A stretch of 49,243 nucleotides of DNA from Candidatus Woesebacteria bacterium (GTDB lineage: Bacteria; Patescibacteriota; Microgenomatia; UBA8517; UBA10165). How positions within the stretch are numbered: the first letter of the stretch is position 1; the number at the start of each line of letters is the position of its first letter. The stretch covers positions 1 to 49,243 of the forward strand of contig NZCP01000057.1 of the NCBI GenBank assembly GCA_002686465.1. Reading direction: 5' to 3'. Below the pieces are notes generated by a model. The model had not been told where the DNA came from. It ran no database searches and saw nothing but the letters and a program-made list of their open reading frames with translations. This document shows positions 1-8,322 of the stretch, one piece after another. A program made the translations under genes and the position numbers.

Positions 1-415
1 CTGGCAAATCATATTTTCGATCCTCGTGGTAGACAAAGATATTACGCTCAGGGCCGTAATTGATAACACCTGAAAAATTAGATCGCTTGCCCGACTCCAT
101 AACAACAAGACTTGTATCTACGTCATCCTTTTCCAAAACCTCTTTTATCTCTTGAGATTCGCGGTCTGAACCAATCACTGTATAAATTCCGGCATTTAAA
201 CCTAGGCGGACCGATCCAACAGCATTATTGGCAGCATTCCCTACTCCCGGAACCCTGGTCATTTTTTTGACCGGGATTTTGGCACCATATGCAAAGGCAA
301 TTTGGTGCTTTTGACCATCTTTGCTTTTAATCTCCTCAGTGTCTCTTAAATCAACTTCCAAAAAGACGTCGATCGTTGAGTCACCTATGCTAATTATGTC
401 TAGTTCGTCTGCCAT
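1..415 (-). CDS. PfkB-family carbohydrate kinase (ribokinase-like), N-terminal part only; the gene runs off the left edge
   Basis: Manual minus-strand translation from the ATG at 415..413 gives MADELDIISIGDSTIDVFLEVD...VPGVGNAANNAVGSVRLGLNAG. This is the PfkB N-terminal strand plus the GG/N..A motif. The ATG overlaps the fba stop (TAATG). It is absent from the ORF track because it is open-ended. Confidence 0.6.
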   Translation of the reverse strand, partial: MADELDIISIGDSTIDVFLEVDLRDTEEIKSKDGQKHQIAFAYGAKIPVKKMTRVPGVGNAANNAVGSVRLGLNAGIYTVIGSDRESQEIKEVLEKDDVDTSLVVMESGKRSNFSGVINYGPERNIFVYHEDRKYDLP

Positions 416-1281
416 TACGCCTTTCCTTCACTTCCAAAAACTTTAATTTTTTCCTCAACTACTTTCTGTACAGCCTCAATAACTGGCGGCATTATTTTAT
501 AAATTGCCACTTCGTCAGTCTTTTTTAAATCGTGCTCTAATGCTTCTCGAAATGCAACGCGCATCTCTGTATTTACGTTAATTTTCGCAATTCTGCCTAC
601 TTTTATTGCTTCCCTCACGTCTTCGTCTTTTATCCCGGATCCGCCATGCATCGACAAAAAACAATCCACTTTTTCTCTTATCTTCTTAAGCCTTTCAAGA
701 TCAAGCTTTGGTGGCTCTTTATAGACTCCATGTACGTTGCCAAAAAAAGCTGCGAATGTATCAACTCCGGTTTCTTTACAAAATTCGGCTGCCTTGTCTG
801 GATCAGTATAAGTAGTACTTTTTTGCGCACTTTCAGCACTTTCACCCAAGTGAGGAGCAGAACTACCACCAATGTGATCAATTTCCCCTTCAACAAGAAG
901 TCCTTTAGCGTGTGCCTGTTCTACAATCCGCTTTGTTTTCTCAACGTTTTCCTCAAAGGGCAGCTTACCCCCATCAAAATGCAAAAGCTCGTACCCCGCG
1001 TCTAACCCAACTTTTATCTCCTCCTCACTTGGTGAGTGGTCAAGATTGATAAAAATAGGAAGATTTAACTCTTCCCGAAAATTTTTGACTACGTCAACTA
1101 AATTTTCTGCTCCGAAAAATTTAGTTTCGCCTGAAGAGGACTCAACTATTACAGGAGATCGGAGCTTGCTAGCTGCTGCCACGATTGCACGAAGTGTTTC
1201 TATATTTGCTGCATTAAAAGCACCAATCGCCCAACCCTCATTTTGAGCTTGCTCTAAAACTTCTCGGGCAGATTTCTGCAT
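415..1281 (-). CDS. fba: Class II fructose/tagatose-bisphosphate aldolase
   Basis: 288 aa. The N-terminus EGWAIGAFNAANIETLRAIV, the HLDH-like INLDHS and the C-terminal SMHGGSG are class II aldolase hallmarks. Confidence 0.85.
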   Translation of the reverse strand: MQKSAREVLEQAQNEGWAIGAFNAANIETLRAIVAAASKLRSPVIVESSSGETKFFGAENLVDVVKNFREELNLPIFINLDHSPSEEEIKVGLDAGYELLHFDGGKLPFEENVEKTKRIVEQAHAKGLLVEGEIDHIGGSSAPHLGESAESAQKSTTYTDPDKAAEFCKETGVDTFAAFFGNVHGVYKEPPKLDLERLKKIREKVDCFLSMHGGSGIKDEDVREAIKVGRIAKINVNTEMRVAFREALEHDLKKTDEVAIYKIMPPVIEAVQKVVEEKIKVFGSEGKA

Positions 1282-1284
1282 TGG

Positions 1285-2283
1285 TTAATCCTTCACCTTT
1301 CTTGCAATGACCTTTTTAGCAGCAGCGACTATGTTCTTGGCCTTCATTCCGTATTTTTCTAACAACTCGTCTGGCGCACCACTCTCTCCAAAGTGATTTG
1401 GCATACCAATATATTCTATAGGAGTCGGCCAATTACGGGTTAGGACCTCGGCAACCGCCGATCCCATTCCCCCGTTTATCTGGTGTTCCTCAACAGTCAC
1501 CACAGCCCCACAGGTTCGAGCTGCTCTTATAATAGTATGCTCATCCATTGGTTTTATAGTGTGATTGTTGATTACAATACTTCCAGTCCCTGCCTTTTCA
1601 AGTTCGTGCGCTGCAAGGAGCGCTTCGTGAACCAGAGGGCCACAGCCAACTATGGCAACTTGTGGCTCTTTCGACTGCCACAAGACTTCCGCCTGACCGA
1701 TCTTAAATGGAGATTTATCAGTTGTAAAAACGGCAGTTTTTTCTCGAGCAAAGCGAAGATATACTCCTCCGTCATATGAGGCAGCTGCCAACGTTGCCTT
1801 TCTTGCCTCGATTGAGTCTCCCGGGTAAACAACAGTCATTTTTGGCATTGCGCGCATTAAGGCTATATCCTCAAGCATTTGGTGTGTTGCGCCGTCCGGG
1901 CCGACAGAGATCCCAGCGTGAGCACCCGCAATCTTTACCGGAACTTCGTTAAGAGCAACTGTTGTTCTAATCTGTTCCCAATTTCTTCCTGGAGAAAAAG
2001 CAGCATAGGAGGAAATAAACGGAATTTTTCCATAATTTGCCATTCCTGCAGCAACAGTTGCTAAAAGTTGCTCTGCAACCCCAATTTGTATAAATCTGTC
2101 TGGAAACTCTTTTTTAAAAGCTTCGGTTCTTGTCGATTCTGTTAGATCTGCGCATAAAGCAACAACATTGGGATTTTTCTTTCCAGCAAGAACTAGCCCC
2201 TCACCATATCCGTTTCTGGTAGGAACCTGGTCAATGTCTTTTGAAAAGACTTTTCTGGACAATTTAGCTTTTGGATCCAACAT
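1285..2283 (-). CDS. Transketolase, C-terminal (pyrimidine-binding plus C-terminal domain) subunit
   Basis: 332 aa, with the GVAEQ..V..AAG and GPDGATHQ motifs. It pairs with the N-terminal subunit gene at 2813-3664. Confidence 0.85.
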   Translation of the reverse strand: MLDPKAKLSRKVFSKDIDQVPTRNGYGEGLVLAGKKNPNVVALCADLTESTRTEAFKKEFPDRFIQIGVAEQLLATVAAGMANYGKIPFISSYAAFSPGRNWEQIRTTVALNEVPVKIAGAHAGISVGPDGATHQMLEDIALMRAMPKMTVVYPGDSIEARKATLAAASYDGGVYLRFAREKTAVFTTDKSPFKIGQAEVLWQSKEPQVAIVGCGPLVHEALLAAHELEKAGTGSIVINNHTIKPMDEHTIIRAARTCGAVVTVEEHQINGGMGSAVAEVLTRNWPTPIEYIGMPNHFGESGAPDELLEKYGMKAKNIVAAAKKVIARKVKD

Positions 2284-2287
2284 TGTT

Positions 2288-2470
2288 TTAATTAAACTTG
2301 TAACCAGTCAATTCAAACAAATAAATTTTCCATCTAGGAGTAACCAAACACTCTAGTGAGTTTATTTCTGTACTACCTTTATATTCCGGAGTAGCACAGG
2401 TTGTTGAAAGCAAATACGCCACTCCGAAAGCGACTGCTATTAAAACCAACATTAAAACTGCCTTATTCAT
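2288..2470 (-). CDS. Small hypothetical secreted/membrane peptide (60 aa, counted from the internal ATG)
   Basis: The ATG at 2470 opens MNKAVLMLVLIAVAFGVAYLLSTTCATPEYK..., a signal-peptide-like start. The longer track ORF overlaps the upstream gene. No homology was recognised. Confidence 0.25.
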   Translation of the reverse strand: MNKAVLMLVLIAVAFGVAYLLSTTCATPEYKGSTEINSLECLVTPRWKIYLFELTGYKFN

Positions 2471-2481
2471 GTTCACTTTTA

Positions 2482-2820
2482 TTATTTCCAAATCATACTT
2501 AGGACCTTCCAAATAGCTAGAAACCAAATAACAAATAGCAATACTGCTAGTCCCCACATAACTAGGGATTCGTTGAACGCAAGGCCACTGCCACCGCATA
2601 TAACCACCGGAGGAGAAGGAGATATCGTCCACAATATGGAGCCAGACGGTACATCACCAAAAGAAGGAAGGGCCCCTCCGTAATATTTGCACAATGAGAC
2701 ACTCCAAGAAATACCCTTCTCCTGCAACTGATACAACCACTCTAGAAACCATAGTCGACTAATTCCCATCAATAGAAAAGCTACCACAGAAGAAATTAAA
2801 AGCTTGATTACACTATTCAT
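2482..2820 (-). CDS. Hypothetical membrane protein (112 aa)
   Basis: The ORF has hydrophobic N- and C-terminal segments. Its start overlaps the transketolase N-subunit stop (ATGAATAG). It sits between the two transketolase halves. Confidence 0.35.
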   Translation of the reverse strand: MNSVIKLLISSVVAFLLMGISRLWFLEWLYQLQEKGISWSVSLCKYYGGALPSFGDVPSGSILWTISPSPPVVICGGSGLAFNESLVMWGLAVLLFVIWFLAIWKVLSMIWK

Positions 2821-3664
2821 GTTTCGATTTGATTTTTCCTGCGAGTATTTTTAGATCGTGTAAAGCTTTTTTTGCCTCTTTCTCATTCGGCGGCTTGCCA
2901 TGCCATTCGGGCAGGTTTTCCATGAATGAAACACCTTTACCCGGAATAACATGCGCAATAATAACCGTCGGCCGATCAAAAACCGCCTTGGCTTTTTCGC
3001 AAGCATCAATGATTTCTTGGAAATTATGCCCATCGATATCGATAACGTTCCAATTAAACGCTTTGTACTTTTCAGTCAGGGGCTCAAGAGGCATAATATC
3101 CTCTGTCTGCCCGTCAATTTGAATATTGTTCCGGTCTACAATCGCTGTGAGGTTCGAAAGTTTGTATTTTCCGGCAAATAAAACCGCTTCCCAATGATTC
3201 CCAGCATCGTGTTCTCCGTCTGAACAGATACAATAAGTTCTAAACTTTTTAGCATCCATGCGTGCCGCATATGCATAACCTGCAGCTTGGGCAAGCCCAG
3301 ATCCAAGTGGTCCTGAGGTTGACTCAAGAGCCGGAATTCTTACTCTTTCTGGATGTCCTTGAAGCTTTGACCCAAGTTTTCTGAGCGTTTTAATTTCTGA
3401 CCTTGGAAAATAACCCGCATGCGCCATGGTTGTGTACCGAATCGGAACAATATGGCCGTTTGACAAAAATAGTCTGTCACGCTCTCCCCACATCGGTTTT
3501 TTTGGATCATGATTAAGTATGTTGAAATACATTGCCGTGAAGACGTCTGCCATTCCCAAAGGCCCCGCAGAATGCCCACTTCCTGCCTCAACAAGCATCT
3601 TTATTAAGTCTTGTCTTATTTCGTTCGCTTTCTTTTCTAACTGATGTATGTCTAGCTTGCTCAT
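2813..3664 (-). CDS. Transketolase, N-terminal (thiamine-diphosphate-binding) subunit
   Basis: 283 aa, with SGHSAGPLGMADV, the GDG-type motif CSDGEHDAGNHWEA and IVDRNNIQIDG. Confidence 0.85.
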   Translation of the reverse strand: MSKLDIHQLEKKANEIRQDLIKMLVEAGSGHSAGPLGMADVFTAMYFNILNHDPKKPMWGERDRLFLSNGHIVPIRYTTMAHAGYFPRSEIKTLRKLGSKLQGHPERVRIPALESTSGPLGSGLAQAAGYAYAARMDAKKFRTYCICSDGEHDAGNHWEAVLFAGKYKLSNLTAIVDRNNIQIDGQTEDIMPLEPLTEKYKAFNWNVIDIDGHNFQEIIDACEKAKAVFDRPTVIIAHVIPGKGVSFMENLPEWHGKPPNEKEAKKALHDLKILAGKIKSKHE

Positions 3665-3674
3665 GGTTTAAAAC

Positions 3675-3709
3675 TTGTTACATGTTACTTGTCACTTGTC
3701 ACTTATTAC
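3675..3709. repeat. Array of five 7-nt units (ttgttac atgttac ttgtcac ttgtcac ttattac)
   Basis: Read directly in the 47-nt spacer between the LOG stop and the transketolase-N start. Confidence 0.7.
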
Positions 3710-3711
3710 TT

Positions 3712-4311
3712 TTATATTCTGAACGGGCTTTTGATTTTATGGTCGTGTTTTCCCTTTTCTATTTCTTCCTCAAACTTCTTAATCGCAGGAACTACATGGT
3801 CAACCTTATCGACTACTCTATAAACCAAAGCTGCCTCTCCCCTAATCATCATGTGTTGAGTTATTTCCTCTAAGATCGAATTCCAGAACTTGCCAAAAAG
3901 AATAAAGGGCTTGTGGTGCCCAAAATAAAGCCTTGCCAGCCCCCAAGCCATTCCGAATTCTGAAATAGTCCCTGTTCCCCCATTAAAGACGACATAAACA
4001 TCTCCTCTCTCCAAAAGCTTCAGGGTTCGAGAAAGGTAGTTGTCCTCCATTATTAGCTTGTCTACTTTATTTTTCTCATCATGTCCCTCAAAATGCGTCA
4101 TATCAAGCGGGTTAAAGCTAATACCGATTGTTTTCCCTCCAACTGACTCTGCACCCTCTGTTGTGGCCCGCATTACACCTGGTCCACCTCCATTAACTAT
4201 GGTGTACCCCTCTTTTGCAACTGCAGCTGCAACGTCGTGTGCATCCCGGTAAAGCTCGTCCACCGGTTGTGCCTCAGAATAACCGAAACATGTAACGTTT
4301 TTAACTCGCAT
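3712..4311 (-). CDS. LOG-family (TIGR00730-type) Rossmann-fold nucleotide-binding protein
   Basis: 199 aa, with the GGGPGVM and FNGGTGTISEF motifs typical of LOG / lysine-decarboxylase-like proteins. Confidence 0.75.
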   Translation of the reverse strand: MRVKNVTCFGYSEAQPVDELYRDAHDVAAAVAKEGYTIVNGGGPGVMRATTEGAESVGGKTIGISFNPLDMTHFEGHDEKNKVDKLIMEDNYLSRTLKLLERGDVYVVFNGGTGTISEFGMAWGLARLYFGHHKPFILFGKFWNSILEEITQHMMIRGEAALVYRVVDKVDHVVPAIKKFEEEIEKGKHDHKIKSPFRI

Positions 4312-4963
4312 TTTTCTTTAACTTTTCAATATTTTGTGTAATATCTCCATCAAACAAGCTCTTCCCTACCGCGACTTCGTCTGCCCCTGCCTCTACCACT
4401 AACTTTATGTTCCCAAAGTTTATTCCTCCATCAACGCAAATCTTAAAAGGTGCCTTATCATGCGCTCGGATCTTATCTAGATCTTTGATCTTCTTAAGAG
4501 CTTTTTCATCAAACTTCTGCCCGCCAAACCCTGCCTTGACCGACATGACCAAAACTACATCCACATCCATCAAAATATTTTGATCCAAGTTTGATACAGG
4601 TGTCGGCAAGTCGATCGCCAAACCTACCTGTTGGCCTACCTCAGTAACCTTTCTAACAAATGCTTCTTGGGATGGCATCATTTCAATTTGTCCAATTATT
4701 CGACCCGCCATTGCTCGAACTGACTTCTCTACCCAATTGGTTGGATCCTTTGTCATCAGTTGGACGTCAAGACCGAGACTGGTTTCGATGCTTTCTAAGG
4801 CCTCCAGACCAACCGTGTGGTTTTTAGCAAAGACTCCGTCAACTATGTCGACCTGCACCCTTTTTACCTCGCCGTAGCTTTCGTGAAGGCGGGCAACTTG
4901 TCGAATTTTCTCCTTTAGTTCCCTTGGGTCGTCTGTCAAAATCGCTGGAATTACTTCAAGCAT
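4301..4963 (-). CDS. rpe: Ribulose-phosphate 3-epimerase-like TIM-barrel protein
   Basis: 220 aa. VQVDIVDG, DVQLM, VLVMSVKAGFGGQKF and VDGGI align by eye to Rpe. The two canonical His metal ligands read as Gln here. Confidence 0.65.
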   Translation of the reverse strand: MLEVIPAILTDDPRELKEKIRQVARLHESYGEVKRVQVDIVDGVFAKNHTVGLEALESIETSLGLDVQLMTKDPTNWVEKSVRAMAGRIIGQIEMMPSQEAFVRKVTEVGQQVGLAIDLPTPVSNLDQNILMDVDVVLVMSVKAGFGGQKFDEKALKKIKDLDKIRAHDKAPFKICVDGGINFGNIKLVVEAGADEVAVGKSLFDGDITQNIEKLKKNAS

Positions 4964-5999
4964 TTCCTAATTGTTTCCCAACACTAATTGCCTGTTCTAT
5001 TAGTCGATTTGAGTAACCCCATTCATTGTCATACCATGCCATTACTTTTACTAGATCGCCACCAACTACCCGAGTAAAATTTAGGTCCACAATTGCAGAT
5101 TCTGACCGACTAATAATGTCTGAGGATACCAACGGTTCTTCGGTGACCGCAACTACGTTTTTCCATAGCGGTTCCTCGCTTGCCGACTTAAAAGCGTTGT
5201 TTACTTCTTCCACAGTTGTGGGTTTTTTTGTGACAAAAGTAAAGTCAATAATAGACCCAACAAGGACCGGAACACGTATCGCAACACCGTCGAATAATCC
5301 TTCAAGTTCTGGTATCACTTTTGCCGTTGCATCTGCTGCCCCCGTCGTTGTCGGAATCATGTTTGCCATTGCCGACCTTGCTCGTCGAAGGTCTTTCCCT
5401 GAACCGTCCTTTGTTTCTTGCGACGCCGTAACCGCATGTACCGTAGACATTAAAGCTTTTTGAACCCCGATTTTGGCATTCATGATTGCTGCAACCGGCG
5501 CAACACAATTAGTGGTACATGACGCGTTGGAGATAACCTCCCCCTCTCCCTTATACTCGTTCACCCCAATTAAATGTGTACTTACACCTCCACCCTTCTC
5601 CGGTGCAGAAACCACAACGCGCTTTGCACCACCTGTAAGGTGTTGTTTTGCAGCCTCACCACTAGTAAAAACTCCTGTTGACTCTATAACTACATCCGCC
5701 CCATACTTTCCCCAGGGGATCTTAGCAGGATCACGCTCTGCCAAAACCGGATAGCGCTTACCATCGATTGTCAGGGCCCCTATCTCTGGCTCCTCTTGAC
5801 CTGCATTCTCGACGCGAATTTCTTTGGGAAACTTCTTGTAGACTGAATCGTAGCGGAGCATGTTTGCCCAGCCAGCAACATCCATTGAGCCTGAAGTATT
5901 AACAGCAACGATCTCTATTTCATCAGGAAAATTAAGAACACCAACTCTAAAGGCAATCCTTCCTATTTTTCCAAATCCATTGATGGCAGTTTTAATCAT
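4956..5999 (-). CDS. gap: Type I glyceraldehyde-3-phosphate dehydrogenase
   Basis: 347 aa, with INGFGKIGR, SNASCTTNC and WYDNEWGYS. Confidence 0.9.
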   Translation of the reverse strand: MIKTAINGFGKIGRIAFRVGVLNFPDEIEIVAVNTSGSMDVAGWANMLRYDSVYKKFPKEIRVENAGQEEPEIGALTIDGKRYPVLAERDPAKIPWGKYGADVVIESTGVFTSGEAAKQHLTGGAKRVVVSAPEKGGGVSTHLIGVNEYKGEGEVISNASCTTNCVAPVAAIMNAKIGVQKALMSTVHAVTASQETKDGSGKDLRRARSAMANMIPTTTGAADATAKVIPELEGLFDGVAIRVPVLVGSIIDFTFVTKKPTTVEEVNNAFKSASEEPLWKNVVAVTEEPLVSSDIISRSESAIVDLNFTRVVGGDLVKVMAWYDNEWGYSNRLIEQAISVGKQLGNA

Positions 6000-6008
6000 A
6001 AAAGCAGT

Positions 6009-7016
6009 TTACTCTCTCAACGCCTTAAGACCGGGTAGGTCGCCATATGCCAAAAATTCAAGCATAGCGCCACCTCCGGTCGATACGTAATCCATTCTCT
6101 CTAAAAACCCAAGCTTTTTCAAGAGACGAATCGTGTCCCCTCCCCCAATGACCTTAAAGGCGCTTCTGTTTTCGACAACGGCGTCCGCAATAACCTTTGT
6201 CCCATCCCAAAATCCAGAATCTATATCTCCCATTGGCCCATTCCAAACAATTGTCCCAGCTCCTTTTATCACTTCTGCAAAATTTCTTGCCGAATCAGGT
6301 GTAATGTCGGCACCTTCTCGGTTCAGGTGCGCTGCCGAAACGCACATTTTCCCATCCTCTTCTCGGCAATACGACTTAATTGTTTGAGGCAAAACTCCCC
6401 CAACTAAAACCCACTCGGCATGATCTAGAAACTTATCAATTAAAACTTCCTTGTCTCCCTTTCCCCCACCAACAACAAAAACAACTGGTTTTTTTGGATC
6501 TTTTAGAACCTTGCTCAGATTTTCAATTTCTTCTGCTAAATGTAAGCCCGCTGCGTGCGGCATAACCTTTGGCAACCCGACAATAGAAGCTGATTCGCGA
6601 TGAGAAACACTAAAGGCGTCGTTGATATAAACATCTCCATCATGAGCCAAGTGCTCCACAAAACGCTTATCATTACTGTCCTCCCCTGGGTCAAACCGCA
6701 GGTTTTCCATTATGGACATGTCCATCTCGCCCACCGCTTCTTTGCCAACCTCTTCTATTAATAGTCCCTCGAGATGCTCGCTAACAGGCTTTAGACTCAA
6801 GTCCTCAATTTTTTGTCCTTTTGGACGACCTCTGTGTCCAATGACAGTAATTCTTCCAGAGCCATTTTCAACAAGATAACGAATCGTGGGAATTACTGCC
6901 TGGAGTCTTGTGTCGTCGCTTACTTTACCATTTTCAACATCAACATCAAGATCCGCTCTTAGAAGGATTCTTTTTCCCTTGATATTTAGCCTCTCGGGGG
7001 TAATAAGCCTTTCCAT
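6009..7016 (-). CDS. pgk: Phosphoglycerate kinase (short form, 335 aa)
   Basis: Motifs seen are RADLDV, HRGRPKG, NLRFDPGE, NDAFSVSHR, WNGPMG and STGGGAMLE. Confidence 0.85.
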   Translation of the reverse strand: MERLITPERLNIKGKRILLRADLDVDVENGKVSDDTRLQAVIPTIRYLVENGSGRITVIGHRGRPKGQKIEDLSLKPVSEHLEGLLIEEVGKEAVGEMDMSIMENLRFDPGEDSNDKRFVEHLAHDGDVYINDAFSVSHRESASIVGLPKVMPHAAGLHLAEEIENLSKVLKDPKKPVVFVVGGGKGDKEVLIDKFLDHAEWVLVGGVLPQTIKSYCREEDGKMCVSAAHLNREGADITPDSARNFAEVIKGAGTIVWNGPMGDIDSGFWDGTKVIADAVVENRSAFKVIGGGDTIRLLKKLGFLERMDYVSTGGGAMLEFLAYGDLPGLKALRE

Positions 7017-7034
7017 ATTTTATTGTAGCATCGC

Positions 7035-7063
7035 TTGACTTAGTTGGCCATGGCTCCTACACT
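7035..7063 (+). promoter_or_regulatory. Sigma-70-like promoter, TTGACT-17 nt-TACACT
   Basis: The -10 element ends 8 nt before the ATG at 7072, giving a very short or absent leader. Confidence 0.35.
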
Positions 7064-7071
7064 GACACTAT

Positions 7072-7878
7072 ATGGCAGCAGAAGATGCACAACAACCAGC
7101 ACAGAATCCTCCGCCAGCTGGCGGATCGCCACCTCCAGCTCAACCTACAGCACCACAACCAGAAGCTGGTGAGACAACCGAGCATCTTGTCCAAAATACT
7201 GAAGAACCGCCTCCACCAGGGTTACTAAAACAACCAAATCTTAAAAAATGGTTAATTATCGGGGCAGCAGTCATACTTGCTGCATTTCTTGTAGTTACCG
7301 GTATCCAGGCATACCTTTCCTCTCAATCCCAAAAACAGGTCGAGGCACCTTCAACTATGGAAGAACCACCAGCTCCTCCGGCCCCACCAGCCTTACCAAC
7401 ATCGCCAGATACTGAAGCCGGCGCTAGCGGCGTACCGAATGGTACTGCCGAGACTGCGAATTGGAAGACATATACAAACAAACTTTGGGACTACTCAATA
7501 AAATACCCTTCAGACCAGCTTGTTGCATGTAGTCCCACTGACGAGGAGGGGCTAATATTGTGGGTATCACCATTTGTCTGCCCGGTCGGTGGACACGATA
7601 TCTTGTATGAAATAGCTGTCACAGGCCGTAAAGAAGGAGAATATAAACAGTATAAAAACCCTGTCTCGACGAAGGAAGTTATTGTCGGAGGGGTTAATTC
7701 CACCCAAAACGATTACAAATACGACAATATGGACGGTCCACTTGAAGCATTTGGCGGATCAACCGAGATTCTAGTCCCCGTGGATGGAGGAATAATTCAG
7801 ATTACACTTCTTGGCAATACTACAGAGAAGAAAAACAGATTCGATCAAATCCTCTCTACTTTTGAGTTTACGCAGTAG
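7072..7878 (+). CDS. Hypothetical membrane-anchored protein with a Pro-rich N-terminus
   Basis: 268 aa. It has a low-complexity PPPA region, one TM segment (WLIIGAAVILAAFLVVTGI) and an extracytoplasmic domain. Confidence 0.5.
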   Translation: MAAEDAQQPAQNPPPAGGSPPPAQPTAPQPEAGETTEHLVQNTEEPPPPGLLKQPNLKKWLIIGAAVILAAFLVVTGIQAYLSSQSQKQVEAPSTMEEPPAPPAPPALPTSPDTEAGASGVPNGTAETANWKTYTNKLWDYSIKYPSDQLVACSPTDEEGLILWVSPFVCPVGGHDILYEIAVTGRKEGEYKQYKNPVSTKEVIVGGVNSTQNDYKYDNMDGPLEAFGGSTEILVPVDGGIIQITLLGNTTEKKNRFDQILSTFEFTQ

Positions 7879-7881
7879 CTT

Positions 7882-8322
7882 TTACTCCTTCTCAGCGATC
7901 TTTTGAAGCCTTCTTTTGTGCCTTTCCTCGCCTGAAAATGAGGTCTCCAGGAAAGCTTTTACTATCTTTTTGGCGTCGCTTGCGCTTATAAAATCAGCGC
8001 CCAGCGACAAAACATTAGCGTCGTTGTGCTCTCGGGCTTTTTTAGCCACTTTTTCGCTCCAACAAAGCGCCGCTCTTATTCCTTTTACTTTATTTGCAGC
8101 TATTACCTCTCCATTACCTGATCTTCCTATTACAATCCCCCGACTTTCTTGGTCCCTGGAAACATTCCCAGCCACTGGAAGAACAAAATCCGGGTAATCA
8201 TCATCTGGATCGAGTTTGTCAGCGCCGATATCCTGAACATCATGTCCCAACTCCTTTAAATATCCTTTAAGCTCCTCCTTTAACTGATAACCACCATGGT
8301 CTGCACCAATAAAAATCTTCAT
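7882..8322 (-). CDS. rpiB: Ribose-5-phosphate isomerase B
   Basis: 146 aa, with MKIFIGADHGGYQLKE and GIVIGRSGNGEVIAANK. Confidence 0.85.
   Translation of the reverse strand: MKIFIGADHGGYQLKEELKGYLKELGHDVQDIGADKLDPDDDYPDFVLPVAGNVSRDQESRGIVIGRSGNGEVIAANKVKGIRAALCWSEKVAKKAREHNDANVLSLGADFISASDAKKIVKAFLETSFSGEERHKRRLQKIAEKE

Noticed and set aside
646-1005. Numerous 60-150-aa ORFs in the six-frame track that lie antisense to, or out of frame within, long confident genes. Examples are 646-1005, 1483-1779, 5026-5463, 8528-8981, 20532-20825, 29354-29806, 39403-39747, 45141-45710, 45692-46141, 46605-46892 and 47851-48116.
   Set aside because: They overlap well-supported genes with recognisable motifs, have low-complexity or compositionally skewed translations, and have no start-site signals. 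I treated them as shadow ORFs.
3675-3709. The heptamer/nonamer arrays and the 41-nt repeat considered as a CRISPR array.
   Set aside because: The units are 7-9 nt and contiguous, with no spacers. The 41-nt element occurs as two distant inverted copies attached to tRNAs. No cas genes are present.
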